NCBI RefSeq assembly: GCF_004010195.1
Contig: NC_057746.1
Coordinates: forward strand, 2,196,777 to 2,260,776
Direction: 5' to 3'
DNA length: 64,000 nt
From: Chiloscyllium plagiosum
Lineage: Eukaryota
The translations under genes and the position numbers were made by a program. Numbering within the stretch: the first letter of the stretch is position 1; each line of letters begins with the position of its first letter. Positions 38,050 to 50,420 of the stretch are shown piece after piece. Below the pieces are notes generated by a model, which saw nothing but the letters and a program-made list of their open reading frames with translations, did not search any database and was not told where the DNA came from.

Positions 38050-39050
38050 ACAGGATAACAAACAGCTTCCAATACACACACAGAACACAGGAAATTAGTA
38101 AGAATCTTCAGACACTCTGCACCTCCCACATATTGACACCTCACCTCCTCATATTCAGGAATAATCCATCAACAAATCTCAGCCTGGAAATCAGAGGGAA
38201 ATGCTTCCAATAAACACACTCAATATCCAACACACAGCTCCAGTCACACAGTTCAGCACAAAGCACCGAGTAAACAGCTCTCTCAGCTGGATCTTCTCAC
38301 ACAGCATAAGGGACATTTCCACCCCTGACTGCCCACAGGATAGTCAGACTGCCTGAAGATTGGTGTGGATATTATGGGATACAATTTGTATAAAAGCTGC
38401 TCCTTCACTCACCATCTCCTCACTTGGTTTTCAGTCCCTATAGGAAGTGAACCAGCTCTGGAAGAGGAAGAGGAGACAATGGGCAGAGTGGGTGGACTCT
38501 CTGATTGACGTCTCTCACAGTCAATCCAAATATTTCTGATTTATCATGGTATTCAATTAGATGAAAGACTTAACAGACAATCAATTCTTTAATGTATAAT
38601 TTCAGTTACATCACATTAATTTTTGCTGTAAATTCTGTTAGGATCGAGCCCTCCACTATCACCAGATGAAGGAGCGACGCTCCGAAAGCTAGTGCTTCCA
38701 ATTAAACCTGTTGGACTATAACCTGGTGTTGTGTGATTTTTAACCAAATATTTCTGGAGTAACATGAGTTTCCTGAAACTTGGGAAACTGACCGGGGAAA
38801 TGGAGGTGACTTTGAGCAACAGATCAGGTGGGGATTTAAACTTGTTATTGTCCCATCTGAATAAAACCTCACTTATTGCAGCTGCTGTCTCAGTTCCTCG
38901 GGTAAATGTTTGACAGAGATTTCTAGTGTGAGAAGAGCATTCTTCACACTAAGAGGCTTTCAAACTGACAACATCAGTGTGGGATCAGTATCCTCAGTTG
39001 TGTTTGATAGAAAATCAACACAGGAAGACCCACAACTTCCCAAGGCAGTG
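38050..39050 (-). repeat. ZNF 5' cassette, copy 3: micro-exons 38457-38413 and 38183-38145, upstream exon ending near 38873
   Basis: Reverse-complement near-identity to copies 1 and 2. Confidence 0.78.
38539..38743 (+). mobile_element. Family B element inserted in cassette copy 3
   Basis: 13-bp TSD CCAAATATTTCTG; paralogous empty sites at ~38-50 and ~15444-15456; core reads CAGATGA (mutated). Confidence 0.9.
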
Positions 39051-39748
39051 ATGACGTGCTGTGATGTTAAGAAAGCACCATATTTCCAGTGGGGAGATCA
39101 TCAAAGGTCAGATGGTGCATGAGACATTTCTGCTGTCAGTTCATGTGCTGGATATAGTGATAATGTTATAAGCATTTTTCTCAAAGATACATACTGAACT
39201 TGAAACATAACACAACAATTAAAGCATATATGAGTGGTCCAGAGATGATTGGACAATGTGCATGCTGAAAGGATGCTACTCCTTGTGGGAGAACTAGATT
39301 AGGAGGCACAGTTTAGAAAATAACAGTTTCTCACTTAAAATGGAGATAAGAATTTTTAGTATCAGTGATTGTGAGTTTCTAGAATTCTCTTCCACAGATA
39401 ACAGTATTGGCAGGGATACTAAGACTTTGACTAATATGAGTACCAATCAGAATCGGGGTAGACAGCTATGTGTCTCCAAGGCCACAATCAGTTGATAATC
39501 ACTGAATCTTACGGAGTTGCAGAGCTGGCTTGAGGGCACAATGGCCTGCTGTTCCTATCTCACATGTTTGTATTTTCTCACTGGAGTAAACCAGAAGAAT
39601 CACTGTAAGTAACCTATAGGTGGCACTGGGATAATTTATCAGAGACATTGGGAGGAATCAATAATAGATACTTAGTGTAATCTATAGGAGCAAAAACAGA
39701 CTTCTGTCAAGTTCTCCAATGCACAATCCCATGAACAAAGGCCTTACG

Positions 39749-39847
39749 CATTCCTGATGAAGGGCTTATGCTTGAAACGTCGATTCTCCTGCTCCTTGGA
39801 TGCTGCCTGACTGACTGTGCTTTTCCAGCACCACACTTCTCAGCTCT
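39749..39847 (+). mobile_element. Family A hammerhead element
   Basis: CTGATGA (39754)-A-GGGC-TTAT-GCTT-GAA-ACGT-C. Confidence 0.8.
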
Positions 39848-40232
39848 ACACTTTACCCTCTTAACACTATTGTATAAGCTTTTGAGAATTGACCAACAAC
39901 CTACTCCCTATATGAGATATTCCAAATGTGACAATGTTACGGGATTCTGAGTAATCAATGTTAAAACATCGGACAAAAATAATTACCCAGACTGAGAGTA
40001 CCAAAATCTGAATAATATACAATAATTCCCCATGATCTGTGTAAAAGTGTGCGAACTCTCCACAAGTCTGAGATGTAAAATCCAGGATTGTGCTGCACTC
40101 CTTCCTACCATGCTCTGTACCTGGACAGCAAACCAACCAGGGATTCAGCTTCAAGTCCACAGCTTGAACCCCCCCCCCCCAACCACACACACACACACCC
40201 CACCCGGCAACCTTGCTGCTGAAATTGCTGAG

Positions 40233-40444
40233 CTGGAAATGTGTTGCTGGAAAAGCGCAGCAGGTCAGGCAGCATCCAGGGAACAGGAGAATCAACGTTT
40301 CGGGCATAAGCCCTTCTTCAGGAAAGAAGGGCTTATGCCCGAAACATCGATTCTCCTGTTCCCTGGATCTGCCTGACCTGCTGCGCTTTTCCAGCAACAC
40401 ATTTCCAGCTCTGATCTCCAGCATCTGCAGACCTCACTTTCTCC
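40233..40444 (+). mobile_element. Family A hammerhead element, inverted repeat
   Basis: 15-bp TSD GCTGAAATTGCTGAG (40218-32/40445-59). Confidence 0.88.
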
Positions 40445-40984
40445 GCTGAAATTGCTGAGAAAGACAAACGGATCCCACATTGACCATAAAACCTCAACAA
40501 CAGATTATTGGTTTTTAATGAGCCACTAACATGTGGATGTAACTTATTTGGTGAGACAACAGTTGACGTTGGACGCTGACTATGTCTCTATAAAAGCTGT
40601 GTCCACAACTTCCACAGCACAGTGACCATTACAGCTGGTTTCACACAAAATAATCCAACATTTCAACACTTCCTCACAAAATGTTCCTGTAATTTGTGAT
40701 AAAAATGTTTTATATTGAGATTGTAATATCTCTAATAGAAGAATAGATGTCAACATTTATCAGTTTTGTCCCAAAATCTTGTGAAACTCAACATCTCCAG
40801 AAATACCTCGGTCATTGCAACAATAGCTCACATTTGGTGAGAAAATGTTGAAGAGATTTTCTCTGGAAGTGTCTACCTGTATTTGTTGGAGAGAGGGACA
40901 GGCCATCTACTCAAACATGACTGAATTGCAGTCCCAAGCCCAGAAAGCTTCCCCTTCACTGAGATTCTTCCACAGGAACTCAGC

Positions 40985-41440
40985 TCAATTCGAACCGCAC
41001 ACAATCCCGCTTCGAACTACATTACCCATGCTGCATGTGGGACCCCACGCCTGAGCAGTGAGAGGCGGCCGCATGAAATCTGGGGAGAGCCAGTCCGCGG
41101 TGCCTGACGGGGGTTGTAGTTCTGATACACGCAACGGCGATGGGCGCCCAGCGATCGGGAATTTGAGGTCAACCCCTGTACATGGCTAAAAGTCACACAA
41201 CACCAGGTTATACCAGGTGCCCACAACCACCTGATGAAGGAGCAGCGCTCCGAAAACTAGTGCTTCCAATTAAACCTGTTGGACTGTAACCTGGTGTTGT
41301 GTGATTTTTAATTTTGTACACCCCAGTCCAACACCGGCATCTCCAAATCCTGTAAATGGCGGCCTCTGGTGGTTGGAGTCGCGATCGCAACCCGTTCCCC
41401 TCCTCGGGAGTTCCCCATGTCCGTTCAGGCCCTCGTCCCT
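40985..41440. promoter_or_regulatory. Candidate CpG-rich bidirectional promoter with two ZNF143/SBS motifs and a YY1-like site
   Basis: GAACTACATTACCCATGCTGCA (+, 41014-41035); GAACTACAACCCCCGTCAGGCACCGCGG (-, 41095-41122); AAATGGCGGC at 41354. Lies between divergent genes C and D. Confidence 0.65.
41187..41348 (+). mobile_element. Family B hammerhead element in the promoter
   Basis: TSD CCTGTA(C/A)ATGGC; CTGATGA at 41231; short inverted 5' end. Confidence 0.85.
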
Positions 41441-41629
41441 CCTTCAATGTAACCCCAATGCCTCCTCTTTCTCTTTCTTAAGCTAATTTCTAACGCTCTG
41501 AAGACCTGTGCAGTGGAACTATCTGTGCTCTTAGCCAAGCAGTTCTAGTTCAGCTGCAATATCTATGTGACAATGTGAAAAATTGCCAAGGTGTGTCTTC
41601 AAATTTGCATGACGTTAACTGTCCTCCAC

Positions 41630-42200
41630 TCCTCCAGGTGGGAAATAGACTGATTAGTAAAGTTAGATCACATGGGAAAAATGGACAGCTTATCAATTGG
41701 ATACAAAATTGGCTTGACTGGAGGAGACAGACTGTGGTCATGAAGGGTTGTTGTTCAGACTAGAGGCCTGTGACTGGTGGTGTTCCACAGGGATCAATGC
41801 TGGGTCCACTGTTTTTTGTTATTTACATGAACAATTTAGATGAAAATATAGAAGGCATGATTATTAAATTTGTGGATGATATGAAAATTGGTGGCATCGT
41901 GGACAGTGAAGAAGGTTATCTAAGAGTACAATAGTACCTTGATTAGATAGGCCAAGGGGGACTAGGAATGGCAAATGGAATTTAATTTGGATAAATGTGA
42001 GGTGTTGCATTTTGATAAGATAAACAAATGCAGAGTTTACACAGTTTAGGGTTGTCAGTGCAGGCATCACAGGTAGATAGGACAGTGAAGAAGAAGATGT
42101 TTGGTACACTTGGTCAGAACATTGTATGTTGCAGCTAAACAAGATGTTGGTGAGGCCATTTTTGGAGTACAGTGTGTAGTTCTGGTCACCCTGCTTTGAA
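41630..42200 (+). mobile_element. CR1 LINE RT fragment
   Basis: GVPQGSMLGPLFFVIYMNNLD, KFVDDMKIGG. Confidence 0.85.
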
Positions 42201-42201
42201 A

Positions 42202-42500
42202 GGGGCAGCACAGTGGCTCAGTAGTTAGCACTGCTGCCTCACAACACCAGGGTCCCAGGTTTGATTCCAGCCTTGGGCGACTGTCTGTGTGGAGTTTGCA
42301 CATTCTCCCCGTGTCTGTGTGGGTTTCCTCTGGGTACTCTGGTTCCCTCCCACAGTCCAAAGATGTGCAGGTTAGGTGAATTGGCCATGCTAAATTGACC
42401 AAAGTGTTAGGTGCGTTAGTCAGAGGGAAATGGGACTGGGTGGGTTACTCTTCGGAGGGTTGGTGTGGACTTGTTGGGCCGAAGGGCCTGTTTCCACACC
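42202..42500 (+). mobile_element. HE1/V-SINE-like SINE
   Basis: SINE head and core. Confidence 0.88.
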
Positions 42501-42519
42501 ATCCCACTAAGTGTGGGAT

Positions 42520-43410
42520 GAGGAGCCCTAGAAAAATTTGAATTAATGGGCTGGTTGGGCTCATATGTGGCACACAGAAAGATCGCTCTTTGTTGTAGGT
42601 CAGTCACCTCAACTCCAGGACATCTCTGCATGAATTTCTCAGGGTAGTGTCCTACACCAAATAATCTTCAGCTGCTTAATCAATGACCGTCCCTCCAGCA
42701 TAAGGTCAGAAGTGGGGATGAAGGAACGTATGTGCCACCCAAATACCAAGCAAAGATCAGCAAGAGAAACTCCAACCATGGTCTGTTGATACTCTTCATA
42801 TCACTGAATTCCACCACCATCAACATCCCAGGGGTAATCATTGACCAGAAACTGAACTGGACTAGCCATGTAAATACAGTAGCAAGAAGAGCAAGTCAGA
42901 GGCCAGGAATCCTGCAGGGAATAACTCACCTCCTGACTCCCCAAAACCTGTTCAGCATCTGCAAGTATGATCGAATACTCCCCACTGGCCTAGAGAAGTG
43001 CAGCTCCAACAACACTCATGAACATTAACACCATCCAGGACTCAGCAACCCATTTCTTTGGAAATCCATACACCACCAACACTCAGCATTTGCATCATGT
43101 ACAAGAAGCACTGCAGAAATTCATCAAGGACCTTGACCAACTAGAAGGACAAGGCCAGCAGATACATACAAATTTCACCACTAAAAGTTGCCCCCAAAGG
43201 ATCAATTCATTCATACTTGGCACTTCTCACTGCTTTTTAAACTGTCACTAGCTCAAAATCTGGGAACTCCCGAACAGGACTGCGGTTGCACCGGTATCAT
43301 ACAGACTCCAACAATTCAAGAAGTCAGGTCATCACCTCTTACTCCAGAGTAATTAGGAATACTCTATAAATGCTGACAGTCAGTGAAGCCCACTTCCAGT
43401 GAATGAAAGA
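42520..43410 (+). mobile_element. CR1/L2-related LINE fragment
   Basis: INIPGVIIDQKLNWTSHVNTVARRA motif. Confidence 0.75.
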
Positions 43411-43474
43411 AACCTCCCTCAATCTGGGTAAATGTCTGAGGTAAAATCACTTGCTGAATCACATTGTTATCGGG

Positions 43475-43575
43475 AGTTCTGAGCAAGGGTCACTGGACAC
43501 GAAATGATGACTCTGATTTCTCTCCAAAGATGCTGCCAGACCTGATAAGCTTTTCCAGCAACTTCTGTTTTTGTT
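43475..43575 (+). mobile_element. Penelope-like end, family D (decayed hammerhead), abutting cassette copy 4
   Basis: CTGAGCA-AGGGTC-ACTG-GACAC-GAAA then GATGCTGCCAGACCTG..TTTTCCAGCA tail. Confidence 0.6.
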
Positions 43576-44085
43576 GCTCCAGAAATATTGTGATTGACTG
43601 TGAAAGATGTCAATCAGAGAGCCCACCCACTCTGCACATTGTCTCCTCTTCCTCTTCCAGAGCTGGTTCACTTGCTTTTATACAAATTGTATCCCATAAT
43701 ATCCACACCAATCTTCAGGCAGTTTGACTATCCTGTGGGCAGTCAGGGGTGGAAATGTCCCTTATGCTGTGTGAGAAGATCCAGCTGAGCAGTCTGACTA
43801 TCCTGTGGGCAGTCAGGGGTGGAAATATCCCTTATGCTGTTTGAGAAGATCCAGCTGAGAGAACTGTTTACTCGGTGCTTTGTGCTGAACTGTTTGACTG
43901 GAGCTGTGTGTTGGATATTGAGTGTGTTTATTGGAAGCATTTCCCTCTGATTTCCAGACTGAGTTTGTGATGGCTCATTCCTGAATATAAGAAGGTGAGG
44001 TGTCATTATCTGGTAATTGCAGAGAATCTGAAGATTCTTACTAATTTCCTGGTGTTGAGTTCTATGTGTGTTGGGAGCTGGGTAT
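43572..44085 (+). repeat. ZNF 5' cassette, copy 4 (rearranged)
   Basis: 45-nt exon truncated with donor deleted after 43673; 70-bp duplication 43719-43858; second exon 43958-43994. Confidence 0.75.
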
Positions 44086-46482
44086 GTTCTGTCTTTTCAA
44101 ATTTGTCCAAGACCTCCCACCATTCTCTTGCTATAAGAAATGAAAAGTTGTATTTATATCGAGGCTTTCACGACTACAAGAAATTTGAAAATGCTTTACC
44201 ATTAATGAAATATTTTTGAAGGTGGTCACTGTTGTAATGTAGGAGATGTGACAGTTCATGTGCAAATAGCAAGATCCCAAATGTGTTAACACTCTCACAA
44301 TTTACCATGGATCATTGAACTGTGTTTAAGGTCCTGTATAAATGCAAATTATTGTTTATTGTGTAAAATGTCAGATTGTGACCAGGCATTCAGTTATAGC
44401 AGCGTAATTCCCCTTATACTTCACCATCCAACTGAACCTTTGCTGTGAAGCAGTTTCCCAGACTCCCAGTAAAAGAAGATATAGTTATAACCTCAGATCT
44501 TCAGCACTGCAGGGTAGGAATGGATGAACACGGGTTCAAACTCGATGTGTTAAGGAGCATTGCAAGATGACCACTTGGGCTGTGGTTGCTCTCCCAGTGT
44601 GACTGGCAGGGATTTGGTTCCTGCTATTAATCTAGGTAGACAGAGAAAGAAATAGTTAGAGGGACAGCAGTAAAGGGAGAGCCATTACTCCTGTTGACAT
44701 GTCTATTTACTCGTTTAATGATAATCATGAAATGAGGGCTGCGCTGGGCTGTGAGATTGTGGTGGAGTCTAATCCTGCTGCTGCTGATGGCTCACTGCAC
44801 CTCAAGGACATCTAGTCTACATCCCTTTTAATGATGAACATGATGAAGGACTCATTTATCAGTTGGGCAGAGAGCAATAGATTTCCTTGAAATTTGCTCG
44901 ACCTGAAGCTGTAGGTTGGATGCCTTGGGTTTGTGATAGGGGTCAGTCAGTCATGTCAGGTGAGGATAATTTTTGCGAGGTAATGAGGGCAGTTGGGTGG
45001 ATTGGGATTTTGTGTGGGTTGGCAAAGGTCAGTGTAAGTGATTGCTGTGTTTGTTCTGGAATTGTCCAGATGTTGGACTAAGAAATTTTATTTCTACCTA
45101 AAATTTCTTGGTTAACTATTGGTTAAGTACTGTACCATATAAATGTCCAAAGTCTCTAACTCTGAATCAAAATCAAAGACATTTATGTTCAAGGGAGCAG
45201 GCAAATTGTCCATCTTCTGATGTATTCTGGGGTATTCCGGTCAATGAGTCAGGACTTCGACAGGGTCCTGAAGTACACATTAGGTCATCTATCTGGCCTC
45301 TGAACATCTCAACATTTGGTCCACTGGTTGAAAAGTCCATTTTTTTCCAGAACGCTTCATTATTTCCCAAACGCATGGGCTTGGATTTGATCATTTTTGC
45401 CCAGAGCTGTGGCTGAAAACTGAATTTGGGATGTGCAATCTGAGTGAGTGCAATTGATCTAAATTGGTAGATTAAACGGTACCCTTCAGTCAGCTACACT
45501 GAAACAGTATTTTCCTTAGCTTCTAGAACTTCCTCCTCAGTGTGTTTTCCTCAAATAAGTTTGGAAAACAAAGGGAGAACTTTCAAAATCTTTATTGAAT
45601 TAATATTTCTCCAGAATGTTTTTACATTAAGCAAAGACTCTAAGGTCTTCATCAGGAAGAGTCAAGCTCACAGTGGACTGACAGCCAGTGTTACATTCTA
45701 CCCAACTGTTTTTTCCATTGTCCTCACAATGCCTGGAAAGATGAGGTTCTTGGAGGTGGGAACAATGTGGCCATGTTGTCTGCTCCTGGCCACTATGCAG
45801 TGTTCCTGCTGGAAACAGGGATACATAGCAGTCAAGTGAGGGAAACGAAAATACTTTATCTGACACCTCCCCCCCCGCCTCCGTGCCCACCACCACCACC
45901 AAAGAAAAGCCCCCCACATAGGGAATAGCAAACTCACTGTGGAGTCAGCCCCTTCAGTAAAAGAGAGGAAGTTGGAGGAAATCATACTTCCTTTTCCTGT
46001 TTTACAGAAGGATTGCCCCGTACTACAGCAGAGAATACAGGGAGGACAGACACTGCAGAGAGATCCTGACCATCACTGAAGGAACAACTTCACAACTGTG
46101 GGAAGACATCCAGTCCCTTTGCAGGATTGCTCAACACAGAGAAGGTTGAGCAGTCTAGCCATCATCTAGGAATCAGTCAAGTCAGGGGAGCTTTGACACA
46201 TCATCAGATCTGAAACTGGTCAGTGGAGTGGAGCCTTCCATCAGAACCAGCCTTTCTGAAGGTTCGGCTGTGGGTGATCGATCAGGGTGAGGCTGGGAAG
46301 AAGTGTGAGTGGCTCCAAGTGTGGCGAGAGCTTCAATCATTCATTGAGCCGCATTAACCAGTGACTAATTCCTTACAGGGGAGAGGCTGTTTGAGTGTGA
46401 GGTGTGAGAGGAGGGCTTTACAGCCTCATAAGATCCTTCAACACACAAGGTGCATCGGTTTTATAACTGTTAACACATCAAC

Positions 46483-47694
46483 ATGGAGGAGAAGCTGTTC
46501 AGGTGTGAGGTTTGTGAGGTGCGTTTTACTCGATCCTCTGATCTCCTGAGGCACCAGAGGATCCACACAGGGGAGAAACCCTTCCAGTGTGAGGTGTGTG
46601 ACCGAGCCTTCGCACATTCATCAACACTAATGAATCACCGGCTCATCCATACTGGGGAGAAACCATTCAAGTGTGAGGTTTGTGATCAGGCCTTCACACG
46701 GTTATCGACTCTCATGAATCACCGATTCACCCACACAGGGGAGAAGCCGTTCAAGTGTGAGGTGTGTGAGCAAGCCTTTACTTGGCCAACCACTCTCATG
46801 AAACACCGACGTGTTCACACTGGGGAGAAACCATTCAAGTGCGAGGTGTGTGACAAGAACTTTGCGCAGTCATCAGCCTTGGTGGATCACCGACACATTC
46901 ACACAGGGGAGAGGCCTTTCATGTGCGAGGTTTGCACCAAATCATTCTCGCAGTTATCATCCCTCCGCGTACACCAGCGCATTCACACAAGGCAGAAGCT
47001 GTTCAAGTGCGAGGTATGTGACAAATCCTTCTTGCACTCATCTCATTTTCGTGTACACCAGCGCATTCATGCAGGGGAGAAGCCATTCAGTTGCGGGGTA
47101 TGTGACAAATCGTTCTCACATTCATCGACCCTCCGTGCACATCAACGTATTCACACAGGAGAGAAGCCATTCAGGTGCGAGGTTTGTATGAAGGCTTTCA
47201 GCTACTCCTCAAATCTGCTGAGGCATCAGAGGATTCACACAGGGGAGAAACGCTTTAAGTGTGAGATGTGTGACCGAGCATTCACACATGCAGCAACTCT
47301 CGTAAATCATCGACGTGTGCACACCGGGGAGAAGCCATTCACGTGTGAGGTATGTAACGAGGGCTTTGCAGGATCGTCAGGCCTGGTGAATCACCAGCGC
47401 ATTCACACAGGGGAGAAACCGTTCACTTGTGAGGTGTGTGGCAAATCATTCTCACGGACTTCGACTCTTCGTGAACACCAACGCATTCATACAGGGGAGA
47501 AGCCATTCGCGTGCGAGGTATGTGAGAAAACTTTCTCAAATTCGTCCCACTTTCGCGTGCATCAACGTATTCACACGGGAGAGAAACCCTTCACCTGTGA
47601 GGTGTGTGACAAAGCTTACAGAACCTCCTCGAATCTCCTAATTCATCAGAGAATCCACACTGGGGGAGAAACCCTTCAAGTGAGAAATTTATGA
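46483..47694 (+). CDS. C2H2 zinc-finger protein D, 14 fingers
   Basis: 403-aa ORF; acceptor at 46007; ends by a frameshift in the last linker, followed by decayed fingers to about 48020. Confidence 0.92.
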   Translation: MEEKLFRCEVCEVRFTRSSDLLRHQRIHTGEKPFQCEVCDRAFAHSSTLMNHRLIHTGEKPFKCEVCDQAFTRLSTLMNHRFTHTGEKPFKCEVCEQAFTWPTTLMKHRRVHTGEKPFKCEVCDKNFAQSSALVDHRHIHTGERPFMCEVCTKSFSQLSSLRVHQRIHTRQKLFKCEVCDKSFLHSSHFRVHQRIHAGEKPFSCGVCDKSFSHSSTLRAHQRIHTGEKPFRCEVCMKAFSYSSNLLRHQRIHTGEKRFKCEMCDRAFTHAATLVNHRRVHTGEKPFTCEVCNEGFAGSSGLVNHQRIHTGEKPFTCEVCGKSFSRTSTLREHQRIHTGEKPFACEVCEKTFSNSSHFRVHQRIHTGEKPFTCEVCDKAYRTSSNLLIHQRIHTGGETLQVRNL

Positions 47695-48669
47695 TAAAAC
47701 TCTGAATATTTCAAACCTCCTGAGATCCCAGGGGCTGCATTCTGGTCAGAAATTATTCAGATGTGAGTTGTGTGACAAGGTTCTCACGTTCTTCTGGTTT
47801 CATCCGGTCCATCAATGCACTCATACCAGAAGAAACCCTATCAGTGTGGGTTCTGTGATAAAGTCTTCACAGCGTTGTTTCACCTCCTGGAACATCAGTG
47901 AACCTACCTGAGAGACAGACTCTTCCAGTATGACATGTGCCAGGATTGATGCCTGTCACTGTACACTGACATCTGTCTACGTTGTTTACCATCCAATGCT
48001 CACACAGGGGGAGCTGACATTCTAAGGGACTGTCTGTCTCAGCTGGGTCTAACTCAAACCACTCCCACCATCAGGTCAATCATTTCAACAAGGTCAATTT
48101 CACATTTGTCTAGATCTGCAAACTTCACCAAAAGAGGACATCAATATGAATAGAAGCTCCTGGATAAATTCATCATCCTTTCAGTAGAGGGTCAGGTTTA
48201 AATCACTCACTGACTCTCACCATGACCAAGAAGACAATCAGATACTCACTGGTTAGAAATGCTTCAAGTTCTCATCATCCAGCACAAGCATCCGGGGAGG
48301 GGCCATCCTTGGGTAATAATGGAGGTACCTCAATTACCCTCAGTCTCTCTGGTCTGTGGAGGAGGAGAAGAATCAGCCAGGAATCAGCTGGGAAGGCAGA
48401 GGGAAGGGCAGGATGTGCCTCGGCTGTGACAGTCTCCATTGTCTCATAACATTCACTGTCTGGCTCTCCACATGCTGAATGGCCACACAAATAGAGCACC
48501 AGAGGCCAATCAATGCCCACAGTTTGTAGAGTACAGTCTTCTTCCTCTTGGACTTCAGGTCTTGTGGTGTCATTGTGCTGCATGAATGTTCATCACTGAT
48601 CGAACAATTTGATGATCTGTCTGTCAGAACCAGTTCCCACATGGAGCGAGTGGTATAGTCATTACTTCA

Positions 48670-48840
48670 AATTTTGACTTGGGTTTAGATTTTCCAGAGG
48701 AACCTCTGACATGTTATTTATTACCAGAAAAATGCAAGCAAAATGTCAATGACTACATCAGGAATCCATCAATGCATTCATTGATCTGACCAAATATTTG
48801 ACTCAGTCAGTCATGGGGCTCTGTGAATTGTGCTCCAATT
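48670..48840 (+). mobile_element. RTE-clade LINE RT relic (3' relic at 49540-49800)
   Basis: GFRFSRGTSDMLFITRKMQAKC..AFIDLTK; SIDLNDWEEL..NRSEW. Confidence 0.7.
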
Positions 48841-49889
48841 GTTAGTAGAATTGGGTGTTAAGACTTAATTTCATTGATTAACCAATCTGGTAATAGTGGC
48901 AGTCAGTTTTATTTCAAGTGCCTGTATAAATAGAAATCAGTTACAATTAATTCAAAATCTTCATTGAGATCTGCATATATTAATTGAGTTACAGTATTGA
49001 TTTGTCAGGTTTTGATAAGGTGGAGGTTTGAACACTCAATTTTGGACAATCTTAGACCTCGAACTCCCAGTTACTTGCGATTTTAATTCTCCATCTTGGT
49101 CCCATTCTGACCTCTGTCTGCAGTGGTATTCCAGTGAAACTCATCATATTGTACCTTAGCAGCCACTTCTCTCAAAAGTCTGCCATTTGTTTGGAGATCC
49201 ACCATCTTCTGGAGGGCTCGCTCTGAAAAGAGTACAGAGTTTTAAAAAAAAGAAAGACTTGTGAAGATGTAACACATACGGAAGATGGAATATTGGCTGC
49301 AGTTCCTTTACAAGCCAACACAAGTCCTAGTGTACAGAATAGTTGCTGTCACCTTCCTTCTGAAGCCCAGACTGTGTAACAGTATTGCATAACAACACTA
49401 GAGAAAATTAATTAGCAAAGCAGTAGCATTCCATTAGCATTCAGAGGACCATTGAACACTCACTGTTGTCCTTCCTGAAGCCAGGTCCACAAGCATTCAA
49501 ACAAACTATGAGCAAAATCAACTTGGAAATCTGTCCACGTGGCTGAAAATCAAGCCCTGCCCAGATGCCACTCTCTTATATTCCAGATGAGGACAGAAGG
49601 CACTGTGAGGCTTTCCCTGAGGAACAGCAGCATTGATCTTAATGACTGGGAGGAGCTTACTACCAATCGCTCAGAGTGGTGACAACTCGTCTATCAAACT
49701 GCGTCACACCTTCATGATGAGGCAGAGCCACAGGAGAGAAGGAAAGAAAAGGAAGACAATCCTAGTCTCCAGATCTCACTTCCCATGGGATGGCCCAGCC
49801 ACATGAAGACCCCATATTGGAAGAAACTCAATGACCCTATAGAGACATCATCCTTCAACTGACAGTCAGCTGATGAGGAGGAGGAGGGG

Positions 49890-50420
49890 ATGATTGAAAG
49901 TTTAGTCAAAGAGATGAGATTTGAGAAAGGTTTGAAATGAGAGGAGAGAGAGAAAGATGCAGAGCGATTTAAGGTGGAAATTGAGCAGCACGGATATCTG
50001 GATGGCTGAAGAAACAGCCATTAATGGGCAACTGAAGGAAATGGGACAGAATTGGAGGAGCAGTGATCTTGGAGGGAGATGGGGTGGAGGTGACAGAGAG
50101 GGAGAGTGTGAGATCCTGGAGAAATTTGTACTGGGGCCAGAGATTTTTAAATTGGAGGTATTGGGGACTGCAAGGTGTAGGTCAGTGAGCACAGGAGTGC
50201 TAGCTGTGAAAGTTAGGATAGAGAGCGCTGAGTTTTAGCTGAGATGAAATTTATAGAGGGTGGAAGATGGGGTGGGTGCTGGGCCGGAGAACATTGGAAT
50301 GGTGTAGTCTAGCCTGGAAACAGCAACAGCATAGATGAGGATTTCAACAGCAGATGGACTAATGTGGTGTTGGAAATGGGCAGTATTACAGAGGGGTAAG
50401 CAGGTGATCTGTGTGATGGA
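49890..50420 (-). mobile_element. L2-like LINE 3' fragment
   Basis: AVEILIYAVAVSRLDY, FQTFLKSHLFD. Confidence 0.7.
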
